Assembly: GCA_029775855.1 (NCBI GenBank)
Contig: JARVJZ010000001.1
Coordinates: 288,001-352,000 of the forward strand
Direction: 5' to 3'
DNA: 64,000 nt
From: Nitrososphaeria archaeon
Lineage (GTDB): Archaea; Thermoproteota; Nitrososphaeria; Nitrososphaerales; JAAOZN01
Positions 28,464-38,905 of this stretch are shown here, piece after piece. A program made the position numbers and the translations under genes. The notes under the pieces are model-generated. The model was given only the letters and a program-made list of their open reading frames with translations. It was not told the DNA's origin and ran no database searches. How positions within the stretch are numbered: position 1 is the first letter of the stretch; each line of letters begins with the position of its first letter.

Positions 28464-31034
28464 CTAAACTATTGGTTTTTCACTAATTGTTTGCGTGATT
28501 TCTATAAGTCTGGTTGCCATCTCTTTCATATTTCTTAGGACTTCTATGGCGCCTTTTTTGAGTAGGAATTCGTTGTTGTTGCCACATTTGTATGAGTAGG
28601 TGCACCTTGGGCAGCCTGATTCTGATGTGCATCTGCAACCCTCAACTATTTCTAACGCTTTTTTATGTGCTTCTTCGAATCTGTCGTAGAGTGCTTTTGT
28701 TGCGCCGTTTCCTCCTACTGCACCATCGTAGATGAAGATGAGTCCTGTTGTGCCTATGCTTATGCCTCCCATTTCTTCTGCTACGCCTCCTGTTATTGGG
28801 TTGGTTGCTTCTATCATTAGGTGTTCGGTTGCGTGGTAGCTGCTCATTAGCGCATATTCTTTTTGGTCTCGGTATTGTTGGAGGATTTGGTGTGGTGTTG
28901 GCGCTTTGAAGACGATACCTTTTGTGTTGAATCTGTAGGTTACTGGTTGGTGTAGCAAGGTTGGTCTTCCTTTCGCTGTTGGGTTATTGATTTCTATGTT
29001 CACATATCCTATCACCTTCTTCTCTATCTCTAACTCGACTCTTTTAATTTCTAAGCCGTAGATCTGTTTTGATTCGATTACGTGTTTGATGTGGGGCCAC
29101 TCTTCTTTTAGAGGCTTTGTGTAGTAGGGGTAGTTTTGAGGTAGGGTTTCTACTTCGGCGTAGCTTTTTGCGCCATTTACTTTCAGTGTTTTGCTTTTGT
29201 ATCTTATGCCTGCGTGTAGATATACGGCTTCTGGGTGGAGCTCTTCTAATGCTTGGGGTAGCGCTCTCTCACCTATCTTTTTGCTGTTGAAGATTATCGC
29301 TACGTTTTCTCCGCTTCCTCTTATGTTGTATGCTGATAGGATTCTTCTGGCAGTTGGTGTGTCAGCTTTAAACACGTCTTTGACTCGGTAAAGTAGTCTT
29401 CTTGCCGTTAGGTTTTCTATGATCTGCTTGTATTCTTGGAACTCTTTTATGTGGATTGGTTTGTCTAGTGCTGCTGCTAGGATCTGTTTTTCTGCTACGG
29501 TTGGGTTAAATGGGTCTGTGTATGCGTGGGGTATGTCTTTGAAGTATTGCTCGGGGTGGTTTCGGTAATATTGGCTTATTGGATCGTTGTCTCTTAGTAG
29601 GAGATAGATTAATGCCTCTTGACCTCTTCTGCCAGCCCTTCCAGCGCGTTGTATGAGTCTGTTTATGGGCACTAGGTCTGAAACTACGGCGTCGACTGAG
29701 CCTATGTCTATGCCTAATTCGAGTGTGGGTGTGGTTGAGATGGCTTTGAGGATACCTCTTCTGAAGTCTTCCTCAACTTTTTTACGCCATTCGTCTGGTA
29801 AGCCGGCTCTGTGCACAGCGATGTTTACACCTTCACGCTTTGCGTAGTATGCGTTCAGCTCGGCGCTGAGGTGTGAGCTCGAGAAGATTAGCGGTTTGTA
29901 TCTTGCTTTGAAGAGTTTTTTGATGGTGTCGACTACTAATGCGCGGTGGCTTCTTAGGGTTGGGAAGAGTATGGTGAAGTGTAATGCGCCGTGTTTTCCT
30001 TTGTCTTCTTTGATGACTTTGAATCTTCTTCTGAATAGTGTTTCGCAGAATTCTGCTGGGTTGGCTATGGTTGCTGATGCTGCTATTATTTGCAGTCTGT
30101 TTGCTATTCTTTCGAGTCTTTTGATTATGAAGTGGATGTTTGAGCCGAAGGTGCCTGTGTAGACGTGAACTTCGTCTACTACTATTATCTTTGTTGTTTT
30201 AAGTAGTCTGCTGAAGGCTGTTCGGTGTATGAGGTGGTGGTGTATGGTGTCGAAGTTTGTTAAGATTATGTGTGGCGGCTTTTGTAGTATTCGCTCTCTT
30301 TCTTTTTTCGGCGTGTCGCCGTCGAAGACACCTATTTCTATTCCTACTGCTTCGGCGAGTCTTTTGATTTTAAGTTGTTGGTCGCGTGCGAGCGCCTTTG
30401 TTGGGTAGATGAAGAGAGCTTTGATCTTTGGTTGCTCGATTCTTAAGCCGCTTAGCTCGTTAGCTTCGGTTGAGAGCATAGTTAGTATTGGTATGGTGAA
30501 GGCTTCTGTTTTGCCGCTGCCTGTTGGTGCTGCTATGACGACGTCTTCTCCTTTAAGTATGTGTTTTATTGCTTCTGCTTGGAAGCTGTAGAGTGTGTTT
30601 ATGCCTATTTTGCTTAGTGTTTCTGTTAGGGGTTTGGGTAGGTTGTGTGTTGAGGTGTCTATTGCTGTTGTTGGTTTTTCTTCTTCTATGAGTTTGTAGT
30701 ATACTAAGTAGTCTTGGTTTGATCTTAGTGATTCTTCTAGGATTGGTGGTATAGGTTGACCTCTGTTTTTGGCTTCGTTGATTATCTGCTCTACTTCGGC
30801 TCTTCTGCGGATGAAGCCTTCAGACTCCAAAATCTCTTCCAGCGGCTTCTTCAGGTTGATTTCACCTTTGTCATAAGCGAGGAGCATTTGCATATACTCC
30901 TCATCTTCGCTCTTGCCTCTTGTTCGAAGGAGATACTTCAAGCCACATTTAACGCAGTGAAATAGTGCTCTACCATCATATGCTCTTTTTAAATCTAGCT
31001 TCGTTTTACATCTTGGGCAGCGATACCTTTGCAC
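28464..31034 (-). CDS. SF2 DEAD/DEAH helicase with N-terminal Zn ribbon and C-terminal DUF1998 (Hrq1/SftH/MrfA family)
   Basis: APTGSGKT, DEVH, SAT, LELGIDIG, QRAGRAGR, CRC..GCPRC..CGNNN; N-terminal CPRC/CVKC. Confidence 0.92.
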   Translation of the reverse strand: MQRYRCPRCKTKLDLKRAYDGRALFHCVKCGLKYLLRTRGKSEDEEYMQMLLAYDKGEINLKKPLEEILESEGFIRRRAEVEQIINEAKNRGQPIPPILEESLRSNQDYLVYYKLIEEEKPTTAIDTSTHNLPKPLTETLSKIGINTLYSFQAEAIKHILKGEDVVIAAPTGSGKTEAFTIPILTMLSTEANELSGLRIEQPKIKALFIYPTKALARDQQLKIKRLAEAVGIEIGVFDGDTPKKERERILQKPPHIILTNFDTIHHHLIHRTAFSRLLKTTKIIVVDEVHVYTGTFGSNIHFIIKRLERIANRLQIIAASATIANPAEFCETLFRRRFKVIKEDKGKHGALHFTILFPTLRSHRALVVDTIKKLFKARYKPLIFSSSHLSAELNAYYAKREGVNIAVHRAGLPDEWRKKVEEDFRRGILKAISTTPTLELGIDIGSVDAVVSDLVPINRLIQRAGRAGRRGQEALIYLLLRDNDPISQYYRNHPEQYFKDIPHAYTDPFNPTVAEKQILAAALDKPIHIKEFQEYKQIIENLTARRLLYRVKDVFKADTPTARRILSAYNIRGSGENVAIIFNSKKIGERALPQALEELHPEAVYLHAGIRYKSKTLKVNGAKSYAEVETLPQNYPYYTKPLKEEWPHIKHVIESKQIYGLEIKRVELEIEKKVIGYVNIEINNPTAKGRPTLLHQPVTYRFNTKGIVFKAPTPHQILQQYRDQKEYALMSSYHATEHLMIEATNPITGGVAEEMGGISIGTTGLIFIYDGAVGGNGATKALYDRFEEAHKKALEIVEGCRCTSESGCPRCTYSYKCGNNNEFLLKKGAIEVLRNMKEMATRLIEITQTISEKPIV

Positions 31035-31202
31035 ACAGCTTCTTCTTTAGCCGTGGTTAATAAAATTGAAGAGCCTATAGCGTTCACATTTTTCCGCTAC
31101 CCCTTTATATAGTGTGGTGCAAGATGGGGGGTAGCGCCACAACCAACAGCAGAAAGGCTTAAATCGAACCCAAAACCATATAATGGAGCGAGAAAAGGGT
31201 CG
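31035..31202 (+). promoter_or_regulatory. CRISPR leader, shared with the divergent helicase promoter region
   Basis: Non-coding 168 nt next to the first intact repeat; BRE/TATA-like AGAAAGGCTTAAAT near 31151-31164; degenerate repeat at the opposite end of the array. Confidence 0.75.
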
Positions 31203-34200
31203 GAATCTCACATAGAGAATTGAAAGTATGCCATTTATCATTTGCTTGAATTTCGTTGAAACACGAATCTCACATAGAGAATTGAAAGTTTATTTTGCTT
31301 AGAATTGTGGGCAAAAACGGTTTAAGCGGGAATCTCACATAGAGAATTGAAAGATGGTGTAGGCGGTTCAGAGCCTAATATGTCGCTGTATAATGAATCT
31401 CACATAGAGAATTGAAAGTACTGTAGCCACCATGTTAGCGGGTATGCTAACTGTAGCGAATCTCACATAGAGAATTGAAAGTTTGTGGTTGTGATTGTGA
31501 TTGGGGTTGTGGTTGTGATGGAATCTCACATAGAGAATTGAAAGCCATCCGTTGAATGGGTCATACCACTCCCAGCGTGAGTGGAATCTCACATAGAGAA
31601 TTGAAAGCCCTCTACTCGAGGGCGTTTCGGTTTATAAAATGGTGATGGAATCTCACATAGAGAATTGAAAGTCACTACTTCGACTGACGGACGCGGTGGA
31701 CCGATTCGAATGAATCTCACATAGAGAATTGAAAGAGAGACCTATTACATAGCGGTTACCAGAAGCTGGGTCTGGGGAATCTCACATAGAGAATTGAAAG
31801 TTTTTTAGTTGTTCTTTTAATTGTTTAAATTCTTCTGATGGAATCTCACATAGAGAATTGAAAGCTGCTGCTTGTCCTGCTCTCTCCACCGTAAAGTGGA
31901 GAGAATCTCACATAGAGAATTGAAAGCTGACAAAGACAGGGAGTCATTGATTCTCTTACAGAAACTTCTGAATCTCACATAGAGAATTGAAAGTTCTATT
32001 GCTGATTTTATTTTGGGTAGTTCCGTTTTTTCAGAATCTCACATAGAGAATTGAAAGATGACATCCTTGGTAGTAAAGACCAATGGCTCTCCTATTGAAT
32101 CTCACATAGAGAATTGAAAGGTTGCGTAAGGTTACGGTTAAAATCAGTGAAGATGTTGAATCTCACATAGAGAATTGAAAGTATAATGCGGGTAGCGGTT
32201 GGATTGGCTATGAGCCATACGAATCTCACATAGAGAATTGAAAGTAGCGAAGGCTGATGCGCTGCGGGAAAAGAGCTTAACGGGAATCTCACATAGAGAA
32301 TTGAAAGATAAAATAGTTTCTCGGCACATCACTCAAGTTTTTGTTAAGGAATCTCACATAGAGAATTGAAAGTAGTAGTAGCTGATTCGCTCTATAATAA
32401 AAGAATAGAATCTCACATAGAGAATTGAAAGATATGCTTCACGAAGGGGTAGCTTCTATGCTTCACCTTCGGAATCTCACATAGAGAATTGAAAGTTTTC
32501 ACCGCGTGCTTCTCCACGACCCGCCCTTCTGGGTCAGAATCTCACATAGAGAATTGAAAGGGTATATCAACCTTATAGTATTCATAATCATACTCCACTC
32601 CGAATCTCACATAGAGAATTGAAAGGCTCCACCAGCCAGAGCCCAATTCGCTGGCAAAAGCTTTGGAATCTCACATAGAGAATTGAAAGGTTAGAATAAG
32701 GCACTGAATAAATTTGTTTTTGTTGTATGGAATCTCACATAGAGAATTGAAAGCGATGAAGAGGATTTTCAGCTGCTTAAGCAGCTGAAGGGCAGAATCT
32801 CACATAGAGAATTGAAAGTGCCTACAGGCGGGAGACTCCGAAAGATGCTGTATGTATGAATCTCACATAGAGAATTGAAAGTTTATTTCGCTCAACGCAC
32901 CACCACCGAAAACTCATCCAGAATCTCACATAGAGAATTGAAAGTCGTCTTAATCCCCACCCTTCTTTTTTTCTTTTTTTGTTGAATCTCACATAGAGAA
33001 TTGAAAGTAGCTAACGCTACCAATACGCCTACTCCCGCTAAGAGAATCTCACATAGAGAATTGAAAGCCAACCTCTATGAGATCTTTGGCGCTAAGATCA
33101 GCAGAGAGAATCTCACATAGAGAATTGAAAGTACGTGAGCCTTGTCTTAAAACGCGTTGCGCATTATACGAATCTCACATAGAGAATTGAAAGAAGGCTT
33201 TGGGTGCGGGAATACATACTCGACCAAATAGCTGAATCTCACATAGAGAATTGAAAGGCTGTCTTACCGTCAAACAAATAAGCCAACCCACCCGCGAATC
33301 TCACATAGAGAATTGAAAGAAAAGTAAGGTGATGGACTAACGACCTCCTTCTCATTCTCTTGAATCTCACATAGAGAATTGAAAGGAGGTTATGGGTCAG
33401 GGAGTATATCCTTGACCAAATAGCAAGAATCTCACATAGAGAATTGAAAGTCTACCTCAGGAATTGTAGCTGTTGTCGCCGATTTGAATCTCACATAGAG
33501 AATTGAAAGTTTAGGGAAGGCCATCGGCTGATCTTCCCATTAGCGCATCGAATCTCACATAGAGAATTGAAAGTAAATATGGTTGAGAAAATTGGACTTG
33601 ATCTAAAATGGTGGGAATCTCACATAGAGAATTGAAAGAAGATGACATCCACATTCCAAATGCTACCCGACGAATTGAATCTCACATAGAGAATTGAAAG
33701 ATACTGAATAGGACGCAGAAGAAACTTCTTCGGGCTTAAGGAATCTCACATAGAGAATTGAAAGAACGGAATTAAATCGCTTAACCGTAAGAGATCTGAT
33801 GGTGAATCTCACATAGAGAATTGAAAGTACCACTCGAAGCGGCGGTGGTATTCGCACTTTAAGGAATCTCACATAGAGAATTGAAAGTTAGAGTTGATCT
33901 CTTCTGCACGAGCAGAGAGCAGCTTTCGAATCTCACATAGAGAATTGAAAGATTCTAGGCTCGAAAGTTGCCACAGCGGAAAACGGATGTAGAATCTCAC
34001 ATAGAGAATTGAAAGGCATGTGAAGCGGGCAATCAGCGTCTCTCTCAACTTCTCCAGAATCTCACATAGAGAATTGAAAGTCGAGAGCGAGTGCAGCCGA
34101 TTATACTTCAGCTAGAGCGAATCTCACATAGAGAATTGAAAGGCTATCTCTCTTTTGTCTATCATTATGACTGAATCTGAGAATCTCACATAGAGAATTG

Positions 34201-36302
34201 AAAGACCCAGCAGACTATCTAGACGATGATTTACTTACCTAGAATCTCACATAGAGAATTGAAAGCACCGAGGGTGAATAGTAGAGGTCTTCGACTTTAG
34301 CCGAATCTCACATAGAGAATTGAAAGTACTTGGTTATTTTGTGCGTAGGCAACACCTTAAACTCGAATCTCACATAGAGAATTGAAAGGCATGTGAAGCG
34401 GGCAATCAGCGTCTCTCTCAACTTCTCCAGAATCTCACATAGAGAATTGAAAGTCATAATATTTGCTACGAACCCGCCTGAGTTCAGCGGATTGGAATCT
34501 CACATAGAGAATTGAAAGTTGAGAAAGTAAAGTTTGTATCCAGACTGAGCGTGGTTTTGAGAATCTCACATAGAGAATTGAAAGTTGGTTCAAAGAACAT
34601 TATCGTAATCTACCACCGGTAATTTTGAATCTCACATAGAGAATTGAAAGTTAGCAGATTCCCTATTAGCCGATGATATCTGAGTTTCGGAATCTCACAT
34701 AGAGAATTGAAAGTTCTCAGCTCTCTTAGCTTCAGCTCTAAGCTTTGCATCATGAATCTCACATAGAGAATTGAAAGCCAGCTGTAGGTGCGCAGGTAGC
34801 TGGGCCGAATAGCCAGCGAATCTCACATAGAGAATTGAAAGACAATATTTTTACTGTTTTGAAGGAAAAGGTGAGTACGAATCTCACATAGAGAATTGAA
34901 AGCAATCTTCTTTCAACTGACCACCAAATTGATACCCATCATACTGCAGAATCTCACATAGAGAATTGAAAGCTGAGCTAGAAAACATAGACAAAGAAAT
35001 AGCAGCCAAGAATCTCACATAGAGAATTGAAAGTAAAAACTAAATCTAAACCATTTTCTGTTATAAAGTTTCCTGAATCTCACATAGAGAATTGAAAGAC
35101 AAACTGCCCATCCAGTGATGTGGGCGGATCAATTATTCGAATCTCACATAGAGAATTGAAAGTTTTTACTATAGCCTGATACGATAATAGCCTGATACGA
35201 TAATAGAATCTCACATAGAGAATTGAAAGAGCTGTCTTTTGAACGCAGTACGCCACAACCTTAGCTGGAATCTCACATAGAGAATTGAAAGCTCCTATCG
35301 CAACTGCTGATGCTGAACCGCTCGGCGCCGTGAATCTCACATAGAGAATTGAAAGTATTTTTCGTCGATGAGTTTAACCCATTTAACGTGCCTCGAATCT
35401 CACATAGAGAATTGAAAGCCACTATTTGAAGCACCACTAACATTATCGCTTGGAGCAGAATCTCACATAGAGAATTGAAAGTAGATGACATTAATGACAT
35501 TAGCAGACCTACTGATGACAGAATCTCACATAGAGAATTGAAAGCACTCGACCCGTCAGCTCCTTTTTGTCAATTTGCTTTAGAATCTCACATAGAGAAT
35601 TGAAAGTACAGACGCAGCAACAGGTCAAAAAGTCTCTAAGCAAGAATCTCACATAGAGAATTGAAAGTCACTCATCAAACATCATCCTTTTCTTTGCAGT
35701 ATTGAATCTCACATAGAGAATTGAAAGAATACAGGCGCATACAAGCAGTTTGGCTCACCCTGGAATCTCACATAGAGAATTGAAAGAATTCGGAAAGATA
35801 TTTCGTAAGTCAAAAATTTTGAATTTGTGAATCTCACATAGAGAATTGAAAGACCGTGGTCTTCAACGCCCCCACAGCAACCTCCGGAACCGGAATCTCA
35901 CATAGAGAATTGAAAGCAAAGCTGAAGGTAAGTTGCGATGTTGACTAGGCTCTGAATCTCACATAGAGAATTGAAAGTATCTACTCACCAACTTTTAGAA
36001 TAAGCCCCTGAACCATCCAGAATCTCACATAGAGAATTGAAAGGTGAGAACCTCTTTGATTTGCTCAGCGTCGAGCTTTGATAAAGAATCTCACATAGAG
36101 AATTGAAAGCCTTTTTAGAATTTCTTCGACTATTTTCATCTAAGATTCTCGAATCTCACATAGAGAATTGAAAGGACTTCTAATGCTAGTGGTGTTTATT
36201 CAAGTTTAGTAAATTTAGAATCTCACATAGAGAATTGAAAGTTGTGTGTTAGCGTCGTGTCTTGTTGGCTTTCAGAATGAGTTTCACATAGAGGGTTGCA
36301 AG
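31203..36302 (+). CRISPR. CRISPR array, 24-bp repeat GAATCTCACATAGAGAATTGAAAG, about 80 intact repeats plus 1 degenerate terminal repeat, about 80 spacers of 35-46 nt
   Basis: Repeat counted by eye; terminal copy GAGTTTCACATAGAGGGTTGCAAG at 36279-36302; ATTGAAAG 3' end typical of archaeal type I-A/III arrays; no cas genes in the window. Confidence 0.99.
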
Positions 36303-36380
36303 AAATTATCGCTACACAAGAAAACAGTATTATTAAAGCACCTTTTTAAGCTGAAATATAACCTTCTACCATCTAGTGAC

Positions 36381-38651
36381 ATGTTGACCCGCCTTCGCAT
36401 CCTAATCAAAGGTGTCGTCCAAGGTGTAGGCTTCAGACCCTTCATCTACCGAGCAGCCACAGAGAAAGGGTTGAAAGGGTATGTAAAAAACCTAGGAGAC
36501 GGCACAGTCGAAATACTCGTGGAGGGTAAAGACGGCATACTAAAATCCTTTATAGACGACATCCATCTTAGAAGACCACCTCTATCAAAGATATACGACC
36601 TTAAGATCGAGGAAGTAGATGCTGAACCTCCTCTACCAACATTCACCATCCTCGAAAGCTCAAAAACGGGCTTCGAAAGCGGCTCCATAATACCAGCAGA
36701 CGTCTCAATCTGCAACAACTGTCTACAAGAACTCTACAACCCAAACGACAGACGCTACAGATACTTCTTCATAACCTGCACAGACTGCGGACCAAGGTTC
36801 ACAGCCATAGAAGAAATGCCATATGACAGACCAAACACAACGATGGCAGAATTCCCTATGTGCAAAGAATGCAGAAGAGAATACACAGACCCCTTAAACA
36901 GAAGATTCCACGCCCAAACGATAGCTTGCAGCATCTGTGGACCAAAAGTCTTCCTAGCAGATAAAAGAGGCGAAATTATAGACTGCAGAGATCCGATAGA
37001 AGAAGCAGCCAAGCTAATAGACGAAGAAATGATCGTTGCAGTCAAAGGAAACGGCGGCTTCCACCTTGCAGTAGCAACCACCAACCCAACACCTATCTTA
37101 AGGTTGAGAAGAAGCAAACACAGAGCCCAAAAACCCTTCGCTATAATGGCTAAGAGCATAGAAGTAATAAAGACATTCGCAGAGGTCTCAAAGAAGGAAG
37201 AAGAGCTTCTACTCTCACACATAAAACCCATCGTGCTACTGAAAAAGAGCAGCAACTACTACCTCGCTGAAGAAATCGCCCCAGGCTTACACAACATCGG
37301 CACCATGCTACCATATACAGCCCTACACTCCCTCCTACTCAACGCAACAAAAGAGCCAGCCCTCATAATGACGAGCGCCAACCCCTCTGGAGAACCCATA
37401 ATCATCGACAACAAGGAAGCCATCACGAGACTCAACAGCGAAGTAGACTACTTCCTACTCCACAACAGAAAGATCGCACATAGATGCGACGACTCAGTAG
37501 TCAAGTTCATCGACGATAAACCATCCCTAATCCGAAGATCCAGAGGCTATGCACCAGAACCCGTTGAGCTGAAATTCCAACCAAAAGAATCAGTCCTTGG
37601 ACTAGGCGGAGAGCTTAACGTCACTTCGTGCATAAACGTAGCACACAGAGCATACCTAACCCAACACATAGGCGACATAGAGCACCACAACACCTACCTA
37701 TTCCTAAAAGATGCAATCAAACACCTAACAAGGCTCATAAGGGCGAAAATAAGCAAAGTCGCATGTGACCTACACCCAGCATACCTAACCACAAAGCTGG
37801 CTGAAGAAATGGTGCAAGAGCAAAACCTCCAACTCATAAAAGTGCAGCACCACCATGCACACATAACCTCAGTTATGGCTGAATATGGATTAGACGAAGC
37901 AATCGGAATCTCAGTAGACGGAGCGGGCTACGGAGCAGACGGAACCATCTGGGGCGGTGAAGTGCTCTACTGCACATACAACCAATACAGACGCCTAGCC
38001 CACCTCCAACTACATCAACTTCCAGGAGGAGATCTTGCCACAAAGTACCCTATCAGAGTAGCAGCCGCTATACTCTCACACTCAAACCGCCACAAAGAAT
38101 GGCTAAGCTCCGTAGCACACAAACTACCATACGGAGAAAAAGAAGCCGAAGTCATACTAAAGATGATTGAACAAAAACGCAACCCTAAAACCTCAAGCTG
38201 TGGTAGGGTACTAGACGCCATCTCAGCAATACTTGGAATATGCTATGAGCGTACATACGAAGGGGAACCAGCCATGAAGCTTGAAGCAGCAGCCCAAAAT
38301 GGGGAAGACGTGTTAAAAGTAGCACCAGTCATAAAAGGCAACATATTAGAGACCTCAATAATAGTAGAGCAGATACTTGACAACCTAAAAAGATACCACA
38401 TAAAAGACCTAGCATACTCTGCAGAAGAATATCTAGCCAAAGGCCTAGCAGAATTAGCCATAAACCAAGCAGAAGAGCTCAAAGTGAAGAGCATAGCCCT
38501 CTCAGGCGGCGTAGCATACAACCAACACATAACAACCACCATCAGAAACCTAGTTAAAGGAGCTCAACGTATATTTTATACGAACATGCTCGTTCCACCA
38601 GGGGATGGAGGCATATCACTTGGGCAAGTAGCCGCTGCCTGCTACATTTAA
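36381..38651 (+). CDS. hypF: Hydrogenase maturation carbamoyltransferase HypF
   Basis: GVVQGVGFRPF, zinc fingers, KGNGGFHL, QHHHAH, PPGDGGISLGQ; start set at ATG 36381 because the ORF-track extension overlaps the array end. Confidence 0.97.
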   Translation: MLTRLRILIKGVVQGVGFRPFIYRAATEKGLKGYVKNLGDGTVEILVEGKDGILKSFIDDIHLRRPPLSKIYDLKIEEVDAEPPLPTFTILESSKTGFESGSIIPADVSICNNCLQELYNPNDRRYRYFFITCTDCGPRFTAIEEMPYDRPNTTMAEFPMCKECRREYTDPLNRRFHAQTIACSICGPKVFLADKRGEIIDCRDPIEEAAKLIDEEMIVAVKGNGGFHLAVATTNPTPILRLRRSKHRAQKPFAIMAKSIEVIKTFAEVSKKEEELLLSHIKPIVLLKKSSNYYLAEEIAPGLHNIGTMLPYTALHSLLLNATKEPALIMTSANPSGEPIIIDNKEAITRLNSEVDYFLLHNRKIAHRCDDSVVKFIDDKPSLIRRSRGYAPEPVELKFQPKESVLGLGGELNVTSCINVAHRAYLTQHIGDIEHHNTYLFLKDAIKHLTRLIRAKISKVACDLHPAYLTTKLAEEMVQEQNLQLIKVQHHHAHITSVMAEYGLDEAIGISVDGAGYGADGTIWGGEVLYCTYNQYRRLAHLQLHQLPGGDLATKYPIRVAAAILSHSNRHKEWLSSVAHKLPYGEKEAEVILKMIEQKRNPKTSSCGRVLDAISAILGICYERTYEGEPAMKLEAAAQNGEDVLKVAPVIKGNILETSIIVEQILDNLKRYHIKDLAYSAEEYLAKGLAELAINQAEELKVKSIALSGGVAYNQHITTTIRNLVKGAQRIFYTNMLVPPGDGGISLGQVAAACYI

Positions 38652-38668
38652 CATATAGGTGAATCGAA

Positions 38669-38905
38669 ATGTGTTTAGCTGTTCCAGGCTTGGTGTTAAG
38701 CAAGGAAGGTACACATGCTAAAGTAGATTTTGGAGGGGGTATAATTAGAGAGGTTAACATCTCTCTTGTTGATGTTAAGGTTGGGCAGTATGTGATCGTG
38801 CACGCCGGCTTTGCGATTCAAGTCATGGATGAGGATGAAGCGAAAGAAACGCTCGAATTATGGCGGCAAGTGTTTAACCTAGATGAAGAGGAGCAGAGCG
38901 TATGA
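38669..38905 (+). CDS. hypC: Hydrogenase chaperone HypC
   Basis: MCLAVPG, YVIVHAGFAI. Confidence 0.97.
   Translation: MCLAVPGLVLSKEGTHAKVDFGGGIIREVNISLVDVKVGQYVIVHAGFAIQVMDEDEAKETLELWRQVFNLDEEEQSV

Noticed and set aside
31047-35500. Minus-strand ORFs with repeated LSILYVRF / FNSLCEI peptides
   Set aside because: Translations of the CRISPR repeat, not proteins
31203-36302. Self-targeting spacers
   Set aside because: None seen by eye within the window; needs an alignment against the whole genome to decide
36246-36380. N-terminal extension of HypF in the ORF track
   Set aside because: Overlaps the last spacer and degenerate repeat; homology begins at ATG 36381
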